From the NCBI RefSeq assembly GCF_006345805.1, contig NW_021835484.1, forward strand, positions 1 to 39,060: a DNA stretch of 39,060 nt. Direction: 5' to 3'. Position numbers and translations under genes: made by a program. Below, in pieces: positions 11,535 to 24,938 of the stretch; positions within the stretch are counted from its first letter, which is position 1, and each line of letters begins with the position of its first letter. The DNA is from Octopus sinensis (Eukaryota). The notes below the pieces were generated by a model. The model saw only the letters and a program-made list of their open reading frames with translations. It was not told the origin of the DNA and searched no databases.

Positions 11535-12429
11535 GTAAGTCATGGATCGAAACAATTGCATGTGCAATGTGCATCGGGCTTTAAAAGCATTCTGGGTGAA
11601 CATCCACTGTGTCACACACTGATTCTACATGTGCTGTGCATACTATTTCTTTCGTGAGGCATTTGTTGCCCAAATGGCAATTGGCTGCTTTGCTCCAGTT
11701 ACATTCAATATAAGTTATTTGTGTTGTATGAATGGATTCTTGTTTATAGACAAACATTTTGTAGTACTATTTTACCTGAACCTATATTGCCTATTTTACA
11801 AATATGCTGCAGATAACCTTTGAAAGTTTTTATCGAATGTTTCCTGATATCTATGTAAAGTGATAAAGTGCGTGTTAAGAAGATCTTTGCAACGTTTGTT
11901 ATCATATATAAACGTTAAGGAGGATGAAAGCAAATTCATTTTTCAATTTTTGCATTTAATGTTATAGTTATTGGTTCTTCTATGCATTTCAATTATCGTC
12001 AAGATCGCTTTAGTTGGAGTTTTATCGTAATACAGGAAACTTTATTAAATATTTCTCTAATTTTGAGTGGCTGAATATTCCACAGATACGTGTCCTCACA
12101 GCTTGCGATTAAGTTGGACGTTTGAATTAATTACTGCTGTAAGGGATTCGATAAGCTTCCAAACAGTTTCCTTCTTACCAGTTTTCACTCAAAAGGCTTC
12201 AGGTGATCTCTCTTCTTTCCCCTTCCTCCTCAACATCACCATTAAGATCATCGACACCATCCTCCGCCTCCGCATCATCGTCCTCGTCCGACTCCTCCTT
12301 TTTATCATCATAATCACCCTCTTCCTTCTCATCATCATTGCCATCGTCACCATTGTCGTGGTCGTCATCATCATCATAATCATCATCAGCAGCAGCAGAA
12401 GCAACATCAGCAGCACCATCTGGATCATT

Positions 12430-12640
12430 GCTCGGGGCCCATAACTCATAGGGCTCGTTACCGGGGTTCCATGGCGTATAAGTGCCCGAGGTCCCAACAC
12501 ATCACTCTGAACAGGGACGCCAGTCCGTTCCAAGGTTACTCATTCACAGCTGAATGAAATGAAGCAATGTGAAATAAAGTGTTTTGCTCAAGAACACCAC
12601 GAACCATCCGGTCTGGGAATCGAAACCATTATCCGAGACT
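12430..12640 (-). mobile_element. SINE family B (reverse)
   Basis: gggacgccagtccgt and gtgttttgctcaagaacac are reverse complements of family-B motifs at 8573-9085. Confidence 0.75.
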
Positions 12641-12756
12641 ATAGGAAGCAACACTTGCCCCAAATTTCCACGCTGAGGGATTGAACCCGGAACTATGTGA
12701 TACCGATTCTAATTTGCTGAGCCATACCGAAACTGTACCAACATTGGTTTCATATA

Positions 12757-14011
12757 TTGGGGCATCCCACAAATAATGCAGTTTTTTGGTACTTCTTTTA
12801 TTTTTCAAATTTAAGATAACAAAGTTCTTTTTTAATCTAGAATATTCTCTTTTTCATTTTCTACAATGCTCATCCATCTATCTGGTAGACTTGCAAGGTC
12901 CTTCTTCCAAAATTCACATGTCCGTGACGAATAATACTCCTCCAGTACTGTTCTGACCTTGTCTACAGAATTCATATTTTTTCCGTCCAAATGATTTTGA
13001 AGACTGCCGAATAACTGATAATCAGATGGGGCAATATCCGGCGAATAAATTGGGTGGGACATCGTTTCCCATTCATACTGCTCCAGCCATTGGAATGTCA
13101 TCCTCGCTGTATGTGACGGAGCATCATCCTGATGGAAGAACACCTTTCATCTTGAAACCAAAGATGGTCGATTTCCTTCTAGCGTTGACTTAAGCGGCTC
13201 AAGTTGCTCGCAGTAGATCTCCTTTGTTTGGTTTAGATTTAAAAGTTCAAAGTGGACTAAACCTTTCATATACCACAAAACAGATAACAACACCTTACGT
13301 GGGTGAAGACCTTCCTTAACCTGGGATGCCGGTGTTTCTCCTTTCCCTACCCAGTGTCTTTGGTGCTTGACATTTTTATAGAGAACCCATTTCTCGCCAC
13401 CAGTTACTATTCGGTCCTAAAAAAGGTTCATTCGTGAGACGTGACAGCAAAGAAGAGCACACATTCAATCTCTGCGCGCGATTAGACTCGGAAAGTTCGT
13501 GAGGAAGCCATTGACACAATTTGCTGACTTTCTCGATGGCGCGCAGGTATTGATGAACAGTTGAATGACCGAATCCAAGCTTTTCTGCTAGTTCCTCAAC
13601 AGTTACAATGGGATTTTGTTCCACCATGGTTTGCAGGACATCCTCGTCGAGTTCTACATATCTTCCAGGACGAGGATCGTCTTCTAGGTTGTAGTTTTCC
13701 GGATCACCTTTGACACTGGCTTACGCTTATTGTCCGATCCCAATATACTGCATTAATATTCCTCACACTTTCCGTCGCGTTGTTGCTAAGCAAAACATGC
13801 CGAATATGCTCCTTTGTCACTTCCATTACAGTTTTGAAAAAATAACTGTTGAAATTGAGCTACACTCTTCAAAACTTGCACTAAGAATAAGGACACGGTA
13901 AAATTACTACCTGCTTTTATAGTAAGTCAATGCAGGTAGTTTATCCTGTTTTCCCTCCAACTTTTAGTTCATGCAATTGAAAACCACCGCATTATTTATG
14001 AGATGATCCAA
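12757..14011 (-). mobile_element. Full-length decayed mariner, 1255 bp (different family from 704-1927)
   Basis: TIRs ttggggcatcccacaaataatgc (12757-) and gcattatttatgagatgatccaa (ending 14011). TA flanks at 12755-12756 and 14012-14013. Confidence 0.93.
12832..13826 (-). pseudogene. Mariner DD34D transposase pseudogene
   Basis: Starts MEVTKEHIRH. WLPHEL in ORF 13376..13627. HQDDAPSH...YSPDIAPSD has 34 residues between the Asp residues (ORF 12832..13143). Frameshifted. Confidence 0.92.
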
Positions 14012-14047
14012 TATATCTGTTAATATTGTCTTTAACGGACAGGGTAA

Positions 14048-14342
14048 TCTTTATATATAAAAGTGAAGTTGTGTGTCGGTCTCCTACGATTTAGATTCCT
14101 AACTACTCCTCCACACTTTTGCGGTGCAGTTTAACCAAAAGCGGGTATCTTATAGTCGTGATTCATATCGAGCCCTTCTGGGTATTAGCGCGCGTCTACG
14201 ATGAGTCTACGATAAAGAAAAATTTACCATCATTTTTCCCATTTTTAATGCATTTTTTTGCTATTATAAGGGAAGTAACTCTCTAAAAATGCTTATATAG
14301 TTATTTCCTTCACACCCGAGCAACGCCGGGCGATACTGCTAG
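14048..14342 (+). mobile_element. Non-autonomous Helitron, 295 bp
   Basis: 5' TC(tttatatataaaa), 3' hairpin cccgagcaacgccggg (14315-14330) just before terminal CTAG. Inserted between A (14047) and T (14343) with no TSD. Confidence 0.85.
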
Positions 14343-14659
14343 TCATATATATATTGTTCTTTGTGCGTTTAATATAAAAATAATGTTTCACTCTGTTTGG
14401 ATTTAATGCAGCCTCGAGGTAATTTACTATTTTCAGGTTTGTATTTATTGCAGTTTTATGTAAAAAAAACAATAACAAGATACTAAGTAGTACTTACCTG
14501 AATTTGTCTTTGTCGTGTACAATTATGTAATGGGATACGGCACGTCCCGTCATTCTCTGCAAACTCCTACGCTAATGCATCTTATTGTTTTTCAGTCAGA
14601 AAAGAATAGAGAATCCGACTAAATCCCAAATCTCTACTTAGTTAAGCTATAATAATGTG

Positions 14660-14759
14660 TTCTATACATACACACATACATATATATATACATACATACA
14701 TACATACATACATACATACATACATACATACATACATACATACATACATACATTATCTT

Positions 14760-14800
<41 letters not shown>

Positions 14801-15110
14801 TATACATACATATATAACGTATATATATATATATATATACATATACATATGCATATATATATATATATATATATACGTATATACATATATATATGTAAAT
14901 ATGTATGTTTGTATATATATACACACATACATATGTGTATGTGTGTGTGTGTGTGTTGTGTATGTGTGTGCATTTGTATCTATCTATCATCTATCTATCT
15001 ATCTATCTATATCTATATATGTATATATATATATGTATATATATGTATATATATATATATGTATATATATATGTATGCATGTACACACACACACACACAC
15101 ACATACACGT
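14660..15110. repeat. (CATA)/(CT)/(TA)/(TG)/(CA) microsatellite block
   Basis: Direct reading. Confidence 0.95.
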
Positions 15111-15111
15111 A

Positions 15112-16410
<1,299 letters not shown>

Positions 16411-16416
16411 CATATA

Positions 16417-16553
16417 TGACGCTGTTTTCTAAATCATAAATGACGTGTGCAATTTCCACCACTTATGACGTCATAAGTATTTATTTATATCGTTGTAAAC
16501 GGTTGACGCAGTATAACAACCATTGCATTGAGACGACTTCCGCCATTGACTCA
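16417..16553. promoter_or_regulatory. Candidate promoter/enhancer with clustered CRE/ATF, AP-1, ETS and YY1-like motifs
   Basis: TGACG at 16417, 16441 and 16504. TGACGTCA at 16466 inside an 18-bp palindrome. ACTTCCG 16536, CCGCCATT 16540, TGACTCA 16547. Confidence 0.5.
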
Positions 16554-17124
16554 CTTTCACAGAAATCGTATTCCACGAGAAGTGGTGGCATTCAATCCGA
16601 GCGCTGTGAGCAAGAGAATTACTTTTGAACAATTTAACTTTTACATTAATAGTCATCTTAGTGCTGTGTTCTGAGATTTTTTTTCTTGTTCTTTTTGCTT
16701 TGCTTTGTTTCTGGTCTGGTTAATAAGCCATGAAATGTCCATTCCGGTTGACTGAATATCTGGAATCATTGATCGGTTATATCAATATACACCCAGGAAT
16801 GTTGTTTTTATTTTATTTTATGTCTCTTTTATTTGTGTAAAGCAACTAAACACACCGACATTTTTATTAGTATCAAAACCGCTAAACTACAAACAGTCAC
16901 CAAACAAACATATTACTAACAATAACCAAAACCACCGCATTACTAACAATAGCTTGAAGCTAACAAGTCTATGCGATAGTTCGATAGTTCGGCTAGACAT
17001 GGCAGCTAAATCTCTCTCAAAATATTTCAAATCAAAAGAAAAACGATTAGATGTCATCATAGATATACATATATCTAGTTCTCAAAACACTGTATTTGAG
17101 ATAGAATATATGGTATATATAAGG

Positions 17125-17352
17125 GAGCAAGCTGGCAGAAATGTTAGCACACCGGGCGAAATGCTTAGCCGTATTTCGTCTGCCGTTACGTTCTGAGTTC
17201 AAATTCCGCCGAGGTCGACTTTGCCTTTCATCCTTTCGGTGTCGATTAAATAAGTACCAGTTACGCACTGGGGTCGATATAATCGACTTAATCCGTTTGT
17301 CTGTCCTTGTTTGTCCTCTCTGTGTTTAGCCTCTTGTGGGTAGTAAAGAAAT
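17125..17352 (+). mobile_element. SINE family A, complete left monomer
   Basis: gctggcagaaatgttagcacaccgggcgaaatgcttagcc...gtaaagaaata. Confidence 0.92.
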
Positions 17353-17360
17353 AGGTATAT

Positions 17361-18160
17361 ATGGTCCTTCTCTCCAGGAATACAAAAACAATAATCGTGG
17401 TCGAACTCACAGTGCCCTGAGAGGACGGGGTCGATATTTCCCACCAGGTAAAGAAAACGAAATATCAGGACTTAACCGACAAGGCCTTTGTCAAGGGCTG
17501 GCATGCAGCCTCATTCCCCATTGAAGTCGGCTGCTGTGGGTTTTCCATCTAGCTCAGTGCGCTATTTCATGCAAAGAGGCCTGGAAACTAGATAACTGAA
17601 GAAAACCATCAAAGAAATAGGCATGGCAGCTGAAACTAGGTCAAAATGGCTATGGTTGTTGATAAGCGACCGCAAGTAGAAACCTTTTGTAGGTGAAGAC
17701 TGGCTCAGTCCTCGCTACCCCACTCAGGTGAAGCATACAGGCTTGAGAGGCGGTTGGATGGAACTTACAACCGCCTCCTTATGAGAGCTCAAAATCTCTC
17801 GTGGAAGCGCCATCCAACCAAAGTACAAATATATGGGAAACTACCACCTGTATCATCTCTTGTGAAAAGTAGGAGAGTCCAGTTTACTAGACATTGTTGT
17901 AGAGCTGAAAACGAGGCAATTTCTACTCTTCTCCTTTGGAAGCCATCTACTCGCGATACCAGAGGGCGCACACTCTCCTACCCTGATGTAACCTCCAGGG
18001 ATACCGGCATCCAGTAACAGGACCTCCGTAATGCTATGATGGACCGTGAAACATGGCGTAGCATAGTAAATTCCATTGTCTCGACCACGGTCGAACAATG
18101 ATGATGATGACAAGCTAAGGGGCGAAACGCTTGTGACCCTGAGATACCTGCTGACAATAC
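17361..18160 (+). mobile_element. 3' end of a HERO-like (restriction-like endonuclease) non-LTR retrotransposon, interrupted by an RTE-like fragment
   Basis: Decayed frames MVLLSRNTKTIIVVELTVP*E...KKTKYQDL...GWHAASFPIEVGCCGF and LKKTIKEIGMAAETRSKWLWL, matching the ELTVPWE/PVEVGCRGF/WLW signature. UTR-like sequence resumes after 18110. Confidence 0.75.
17744..18110 (+). mobile_element. 5'-truncated RTE-like LINE 3' end with (TGA)n tail
   Basis: RRLDGTYNRLLMRAQNLSWKRHPT...RRVQFTRHC...LLLWKP...AMMDRETWR, ending atgatgatgatga. Confidence 0.8.
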
Positions 18161-18551
18161 GGAAGGACTTCTAGCATTGCAATGGATTGAGAAGAGCTTG
18201 CAAAACCTCTGAGTAGCTCAGGTAGTTCCTGCATGAGGTAAAGCATCTCTGATGTTTATTTCGTCTTGGATTCGAAAGCCAACTGGTGGAGGTCTGCATC
18301 GCAAGTCAATCTATGAATTATATGAGTTATACAAACCAAGTTATACAAACTCATTTATTCTCCCTTGTTTTACTATTTGTAAAAAAAATATATATGTAAG
18401 TGTACTGTAATTTACATGAAACGTTGTGATGTGTAAATGATACGAATAGTTTAAAGAAGACCTTTATGCAATGCGGATAAGCAGTTAGACAATAGATTTA
18501 AGGTGATGTCAATGAAAAATAACAAAGACAAGATATCATGTCACCTCATAC

Positions 18552-18775
18552 TGGTTATTTAATACTTCGTTTATATTTTAGAAAAGTTTCTCATTATATA
18601 TGACAGAAAATAACCAACAGATCAGAGAAAAAGTGTTATTATTGACATAAAATGGCTGGCCGTTAAAAAATTCTGGTCGGTCGAAAGCACCTTTTCTACA
18701 TATTCTTGAATTATTTTTTATCGTACATTTGATAAAGGGAAGCTTTCCCGAAATATAATAGAAACATTTAACAAG
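18552..18775. mobile_element. AT-rich MITE-like element with imperfect terminal inverted repeats, copy 1
   Basis: Aligns with 20552-20737. Its right end (tgataaagggaagctttc...aaatataa) is the reverse complement of the left end of copy 2. Confidence 0.6.
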
Positions 18776-18922
18776 TAAAGTAGAGTGATACAATAGCTTG
18801 TCTCTCATGCATTGACGTCACCTTACATATTCTGCATAATTCACACCTGAATTACTTGAAAGTCTACTTAAAAATATATCTTTTAAATTTTTTGCATTTG
18901 ATTATGAAAAATACATAATCTA

Positions 18923-19131
18923 GAGGGTGTTCATAAATTATCTTTACAACTACCACAATTTATTGTATATATTATTTAAGCTGAGATCCATCAAGAAGCT
19001 TCTTTACATATCAAATATATATTATTAAGATTTTAATTTGTCTGCTTGTTTTCCAATAAACTCGGGTTACCCGATTTTTTCATTTCTTTTTTTGAATTTT
19101 TAGAATGTAAAGGTAATTTATGGACACCTTG
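18923..19131. mobile_element. 209-bp Tc1/mariner-family MITE
   Basis: 26-bp TIRs with 22/26 identity (GAGGGTGTTCATAAATTATCTTTACA vs CAAGGTGTCCATAAATTACCTTTACA), TA on both sides. Confidence 0.8.
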
Positions 19132-20551
19132 TATATAACCAGAGACACGAATTTGATTTATTTCAGGTATAGCTCCTCGTATTCAATTTATTCATGCATA
19201 AAATTTCGTTTGTATAAATAAATTCAAGAATATGAGTCAATACGCAGCGAAGTGTGAAAAAACCGACGGTTAAGAGAACTGTCTAAGTAGGAGTTTTCTA
19301 TATTAACACACGAATACAAAATACTTATAGCTTGTTTTTTTTTTACTGGAATATGCGCCCGTAAAAAATTACGGACATCTTTATCGAAATGGTTGTGTAC
19401 GTCAACATTTGTACCAATTATAAGCGAGAAGATAAACATACTTTCAAACAACCGTATTTTTTAATTCAATTAAGTCACTGTAATAATTCTTTGCACGTTC
19501 ACATCGCTTCTGAGCAACAATATAATTACTTGGAATTGTTAATTAGTTAATTAGTACGGTATTATCATGTTTGTCATGAAAAACGATGTCAAACGTACGT
19601 GTTATCTGGCAATCGCTCTTGTATGCTAAACACCCGTTGTTTGTTCGTATCTACAAGTCATTGTTTCGATTCTCGCTGTTCACCGGGCAAATAACGATTT
19701 GTTATCGGTTGGTGGATAGCAGCACGGATCAACGAACAGTTTTTACGCTGAAATTATAAGCAAGATCATCGGTTCTTGTTACATTCGTTAGTCCATGGGC
19801 ACATCCGGCTGAACAGGCATATCATGCCGAAACACCGGTGACTCAGAATCCATTGCACTAATGAATTATGCCATGAACACGTAGTAGTCGTAAAGGAGAA
19901 AGTATTCTCCTTTGACAGAACACACCAGCGATTAACAAATTTGCGTTGGAATCTGCCAGAACATATTAGAATAAATACGCAAGCCATCATTTCACATGCT
20001 CATTTTCTAAGATAGGTGGTATTTCATATAAGGACCACAGGCCTTTTGCTCGAAGCTAGTGAAATCGCTTGGTTAAGTATATATATATCGTAAAACTGTT
20101 ATATTTTTAGCTTGTCTTGGTTGTTTTTGTCTTTGTATAATTCGTTAGCTATTCTCAGAGGCTTCTTGCTCTGGCGCTACCAAAAACGGAGTGGCATCAA
20201 TGTTTAAAGCGCGATACCACTACGCTGTCCTGGATATTGACTGATGCGAAATTTCCGTGTATTATATTTTTTGCCCATTTTTCCATTTGTTTTTGTTAAT
20301 TTTCTATTATTATGTTTTCTTTCTATTCAACCCTTGAAATATCTATGTAACACAACACACTCTCTATTTGCTTACTTAATTGTGTGTGTGTGTATGTGTG
20401 TGTGTGTGTACACATATATGTATATATATATATATATATACATAGTATATATGTGTGTATATATATGTGTTTGCGTATGTGTATACACACAAATACACAC
20501 ACGCATGCACGCTCGCGCACGCACGCACAAATTCTAGTCTTGTTAGGATAT

Positions 20552-20737
20552 TGGTTATTTAATGCTTCGTTTATATTTTAAGAAAGCTTCCCTTTATCAA
20601 AAATATGATGGAAAATAATCAAGAGATCGGAAAAAAGGCGTTATTATTAACACAAAATGGCTTTCCGATAAAAACATTTTGGTCTACAGAAAGCACATTT
20701 TCTACGAACTCTTAAATTATTTTTTATCGTACATTTG
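20552..20737. mobile_element. MITE-like element, copy 2 (right end missing)
   Basis: tggttatttaatgcttcgtttatatttt...aattattttttatcgtacatttga shared with 18552-18775. Confidence 0.6.
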
Positions 20738-20930
20738 AATATTTTGTCGGAGCTGGCCTTAAATATTCAATGTGGGACAACGTTTTAAAAAATACTCTAG
20801 AATTGACGACAGATGATTTTCATAGTGTTAGGTGTTGTAGAAATATTCTTTTCAATAAATATAGTGGCAATAGCCAGGTTCTGTATCGCGAATGCTGTTG
20901 CTTCTTCTGTCTCATGTAGATCGGATTTGT

Positions 20931-21145
20931 AAAACGTTAGCGCGCCGGGCGAAATGCTTAGCGGTATTTCGTCTGTCGTTACGTTCTGAGTTCGAATTCC
21001 GCGGAGTCTCGACTTTGAATTTCATCCTTTCGGGGTCGATAAATTAAGTACCAGCTACGCACTGGGTTCGATGTAATCGACTTAATCCCTTTGTCTGTCC
21101 TTGTTTGTCCGCTCTATGTTTAGCCCTTTGTGGACAGTAAATAAA
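20931..21145 (+). mobile_element. SINE family A monomer
   Basis: aaaacgttagcgcgccgggcgaaatgcttagcggtatttcg...gtaaataaata. Confidence 0.9.
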
Positions 21146-21743
21146 TATAAATATTGGATTAAAAAGTCTCCTTTGGATGCTATTTTTTTATAGTTTTATC
21201 TACTTCGAGATCCACCGTTAAAAATGAATTATTTCACGCCTCTCTAAGTTTCTAAATTCTTAAGACGTAAACAACATCCAGTTCTCACTGGTAAAGAACA
21301 AAGATTCTAAAATGGTTGAAGAATTCCAGTCATTGAGCTTATGTTAAAAATCACGTGATCGACCAGACTATCGGATGTTGTTATACATCGCTGATCACAA
21401 TGCGCTTTGCATCGTTTTTAGCTTTCGAACGATGCCACCACGTTGGCTACGCGAGCAGGCCAATGTCAAAAATAATACTTATAATCAAAATAGTGAATAA
21501 TTTTATTGGTAAAATCTACGGATCGCAGTATACCTTGTGGTATTTAGGTAGGTCCTGATTGCAAACCCCGTCGAAGGCATTGGTTTTCATTCAGCCTTGT
21601 GTTTTTATAAATTGTTTATCATTTTCAGCTCAATGGTTGGCAGAACGGTTAGAACGCTAAATTCAAGAGTGCTTTAGCGTTTAGTTATTTAAAATTCCGA
21701 GTTCAAAACTCGTGTCGACTTCACTTTTTCAAAAATATACATA

Positions 21744-22127
21744 GGCGTAGGAGTGGCTGTGCGGTAAGTAGCTTTCTTACGAACCACATGGTTCCGGATT
21801 CAGTCCCACTGCGCGGCACCTTGGGCAAGTGTCTTCTACTATATCCTCGGGCGACCAAAGCCTTGTGAGTGGATTTGATAGACGGAAACTGAAAGCAGCC
21901 CGTCGTATATATGTATGTATGTGTGTATATGTTTCTGTGTCTGTGTTTGTCCCTCCAACATCGCTTGACAACCGATGCTGGTGTGTTTACCTCCACGTAA
22001 TTTAGCGGTTCGGCAAAGAAGAGACCGATTGAATAAGTACGAGGCTTACAAAGAACAAGTCTTGGGATCGATTTGCTCGACTAAAGTAAGGCTACAGTCA
22101 AATGACTGAAACAAGTAAGAGAGTAAA
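21744..22127 (+). mobile_element. tRNA-derived SINE family D with internal (TA/TG) microsatellite
   Basis: Head ggcgtaggagtggctgtgcggtaagtagc...ggattcagtcccactgcgcggc, internal simple repeat at about 21905-21935, tail aatgactgaaacaagtaagagag. Confidence 0.9.
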
Positions 22128-22169
22128 CAGTATAGAACAGTTCCGCTCCCACAATTCCAATACACGAAA

Positions 22170-22870
22170 TCGCTTAAAGCGGCGAGCTGACGAAATCGTT
22201 TGAATACCGGACAAAATGCTTAGAGACATTTCGTCCGTCTCTACGTTCTGAGTTTAAATTCTGCTGAGGTTGACTTTGTCTTTTATCCTTTCGGGGTCGA
22301 TAAAATAACACCCTGCTCCAAAAATTTATGTTTTGTTGCCTGTAGCAGAAAGATTTATTATGATAGCATCAAAGGCGGCGAGCTGGCGGAAACGTTAGCG
22401 CGCCGGGTGAAATATTGGCGATATTTCATCTGCCGTTACATTCTGAGTTCAAATTCAGGTGAAGTCGACTTTGCCTTTCATCCTTTCGGGGTCAATAAAT
22501 TAAGTACCAATTACGTCTGTCCTTGTTTGTCCCCTCTATGTTTAGCCCCTTGTGGGCAATAAAGAAATAAGAACCGTTAGCACAACAGTCAAAAAGCTTA
22601 GCGACATTTTCATTTCGTCCGTGTTTACACCCTGAATTCAAATTCCACCGAGGTCGACTTTGTTCTTATCCTTTCGAGGCCTAAATAATGAGTACCAGTT
22701 GAATGTTGGGGTCAATATAATCGGCTTATCCCTTTCCCCGGAATTGCTGGCCTCGTGCTAAAATCTAAAATCATTATTTAGGCTTCCTTTCGAGGACAAT
22801 AAAATACGTACCAGCTGAGCGCTGGGGGTCAATGTAATTGACTTACCCCACTACCCAGAAATTGCTGAAA
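22170..22870 (+). mobile_element. Cluster of family-A SINE units including a dimer (22372-22780)
   Basis: Junction aaagaaataagaaccgttagcac at about 22561-22583, the same as at 10824 and 28827. Confidence 0.85.
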
Positions 22871-23134
22871 CCAATATGAAAATATCGTTACTTGCATAAA
22901 CTTCATTGGGTCGAACTGTATCAATCAATTAATGTAACCAGTTTCCACCTCCTTTTCAGCCTCTTCGTTCACACCGCTGTCGCAAGCGGTGAGAGTTTGC
23001 AGCGTTAAAGTGCTCTTTACCCCGATAAATAACAACTTCTGAATAATTGTTTATATTATTTTACTTGGCTCTTTCCACACCCACTTAAGGAAAACAAAAA
23101 TAAAGTTAAACAAATAAATACCCACCCTGATTTT

Positions 23135-23169
23135 TATCTTTATCATTATTATTATTATTATTATTATTA

Positions 23170-23210
<41 letters not shown>

Positions 23211-23220
23211 GTTATTATTA

Positions 23221-23254
<34 letters not shown>

Positions 23255-23298
23255 GATTATTATTATTATTGTTATTATTATTATTATTATTATTTTTA

Positions 23299-23350
<52 letters not shown>

Positions 23351-23390
23351 TGATACTACTATTATTCTTGTTGTTGTTGTTGTTGTTTCT
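23135..23390. repeat. (ATT)n/(GTT)n microsatellite
   Basis: Direct reading. Confidence 0.97.
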
Positions 23391-23571
23391 CCTGACATTC
23401 CTAGACGGACGTGTGAGTGAATGAATGTCAGAGGGTGGATGACGTATTCGGGGCGAGGAAAAGGAAACCCGCATTCCGAGAAGGCGACAAGTTTGGATTG
23501 GTGTATGGCAAGAAAAACCTCACGACACAGCAGCAGTTAGTTCTTGGTCTACGTTTTTGCTGTGGTTTTAC

Positions 23572-23573
23572 CA

Positions 23574-23641
<68 letters not shown>

Positions 23642-23915
23642 GTCTATCTGTCTGTCTGTCTGTCTGTCAGTTTGTCTGTCTCTCTGTCTGTGTACCTGTC
23701 TGTCTGTCTCTCTCTCCCTCCCCCCCTCTCTCTCTCTCTATATATATATATATGTGTGTGTGTGTTTATACCTGTTTGTCTGTCTATCCGTCTCTCTCTC
23801 TCTCTCTCTCTCTATTTTTCTATCTATCTATCTACATACTTACCTACCTACCTACCGACCTACCTACCTACCTACCTACCTACCTACCTACCTACCTACC
23901 TACCTACCTACCTAC

Positions 23916-23955
<40 letters not shown>

Positions 23956-24010
23956 ATCTATCTATCTATCTATCTATCTGTCTATCTATCTGTCTATCTA
24001 TCTATCTAAG
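23572..24010. repeat. (TCTA)/(TCTG)/(CCTA) microsatellite block
   Basis: Direct reading. Confidence 0.95.
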
Positions 24011-24070
24011 TGGTATGCTATGTTAATGATTTTTACTCCCTTTCCATTTGTCACTAGTAAATTCTTTCAG

Positions 24071-24130
24071 CCCAATTCCACTGCTGGAATTTTCAGTGAA
24101 AGCAGCACTTTTCCAAGTGTCTGTGAAGAG
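24071..24130 (+). CDS. Candidate 60-nt exon (PNSTAGIFSESSTFPSVCEE)
   Basis: Long pyrimidine tract ending ttctttcag, weaker donor GAG|gttaat. Phase 0-0, in a non-repetitive island between microsatellites. Confidence 0.3.
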
Positions 24131-24234
24131 GTTAATAAAACTGCAATTTAACTCCAATTCCATGCCATTAAACCAATGCTAAAAAAATCTCCGACTGAAG
24201 AACATGAGTTATTCTTAGAGAATTTTAGTTTTTA

Positions 24235-24508
24235 TGTACGTACGTACGTACTTACGTGCGTATGTATGAATGTATGTATGTATGTATGTATGTATGTATG
24301 TATGTATGTATGTATGTATGTATGTATGTATGTATGTATGTATGTATGTATGTATGTATGTATGTATGTATGTATGTATGTAGTATGTATGTATGTAAGG
24401 TATGTATGTATGTATGTATGTATGTAAGTACGTACGTATGTATGTATGTATGTATGTATGTATGTATGTATGTATGTATGTATGCATGTATGTATGTATG
24501 TATGTATG

Positions 24509-24540
<32 letters not shown>

Positions 24541-24790
24541 TCTATCTATGCGTGCAAATGCCCATGTATGTATGTGTGCATGTGTCCATGATTGTATACA
24601 TGTTTGTATGTGTGCATGTATATATGTATGCATGTATATATGAGCGCATCTATGTATGTATGTGTGTGTATGTATGTAGGTATGTATATTCGTATGAATG
24701 CATGCACATATGTGCGTATATTTATATGTAATATGTACATATGTATATATGTATATATATGTGTGTGTGTCTGTGTGTGTGTATATACGA
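24235..24790. repeat. (TATG)n microsatellite and derivatives
   Basis: Direct reading. Confidence 0.95.
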
Positions 24791-24938
24791 GCAAAACGCC
24801 CCCCATCCAATCGACGGTGCTGAGTTGTCAGACATTTAAACCAAATTTTCTCATAACAACTTGTCCGACCGTCCTGGGGTCGATCTAATCGACTGGCCCC
24901 TCCCCCAAATTCCAGGCCTTGTACCTATAGTAGGAAAG

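Noticed and set aside
11230-11800. Protein-like fragments on both strands suggesting a decayed transposase
   Set aside because: No recognisable family motif or termini, and many stops.
23400-23540. Unique island with a good acceptor (ttcctag) and donor (GCA|gttagt)
   Set aside because: All three frames from the acceptor hit stops. At most it is a non-coding or 5' exon, which is unsupported.
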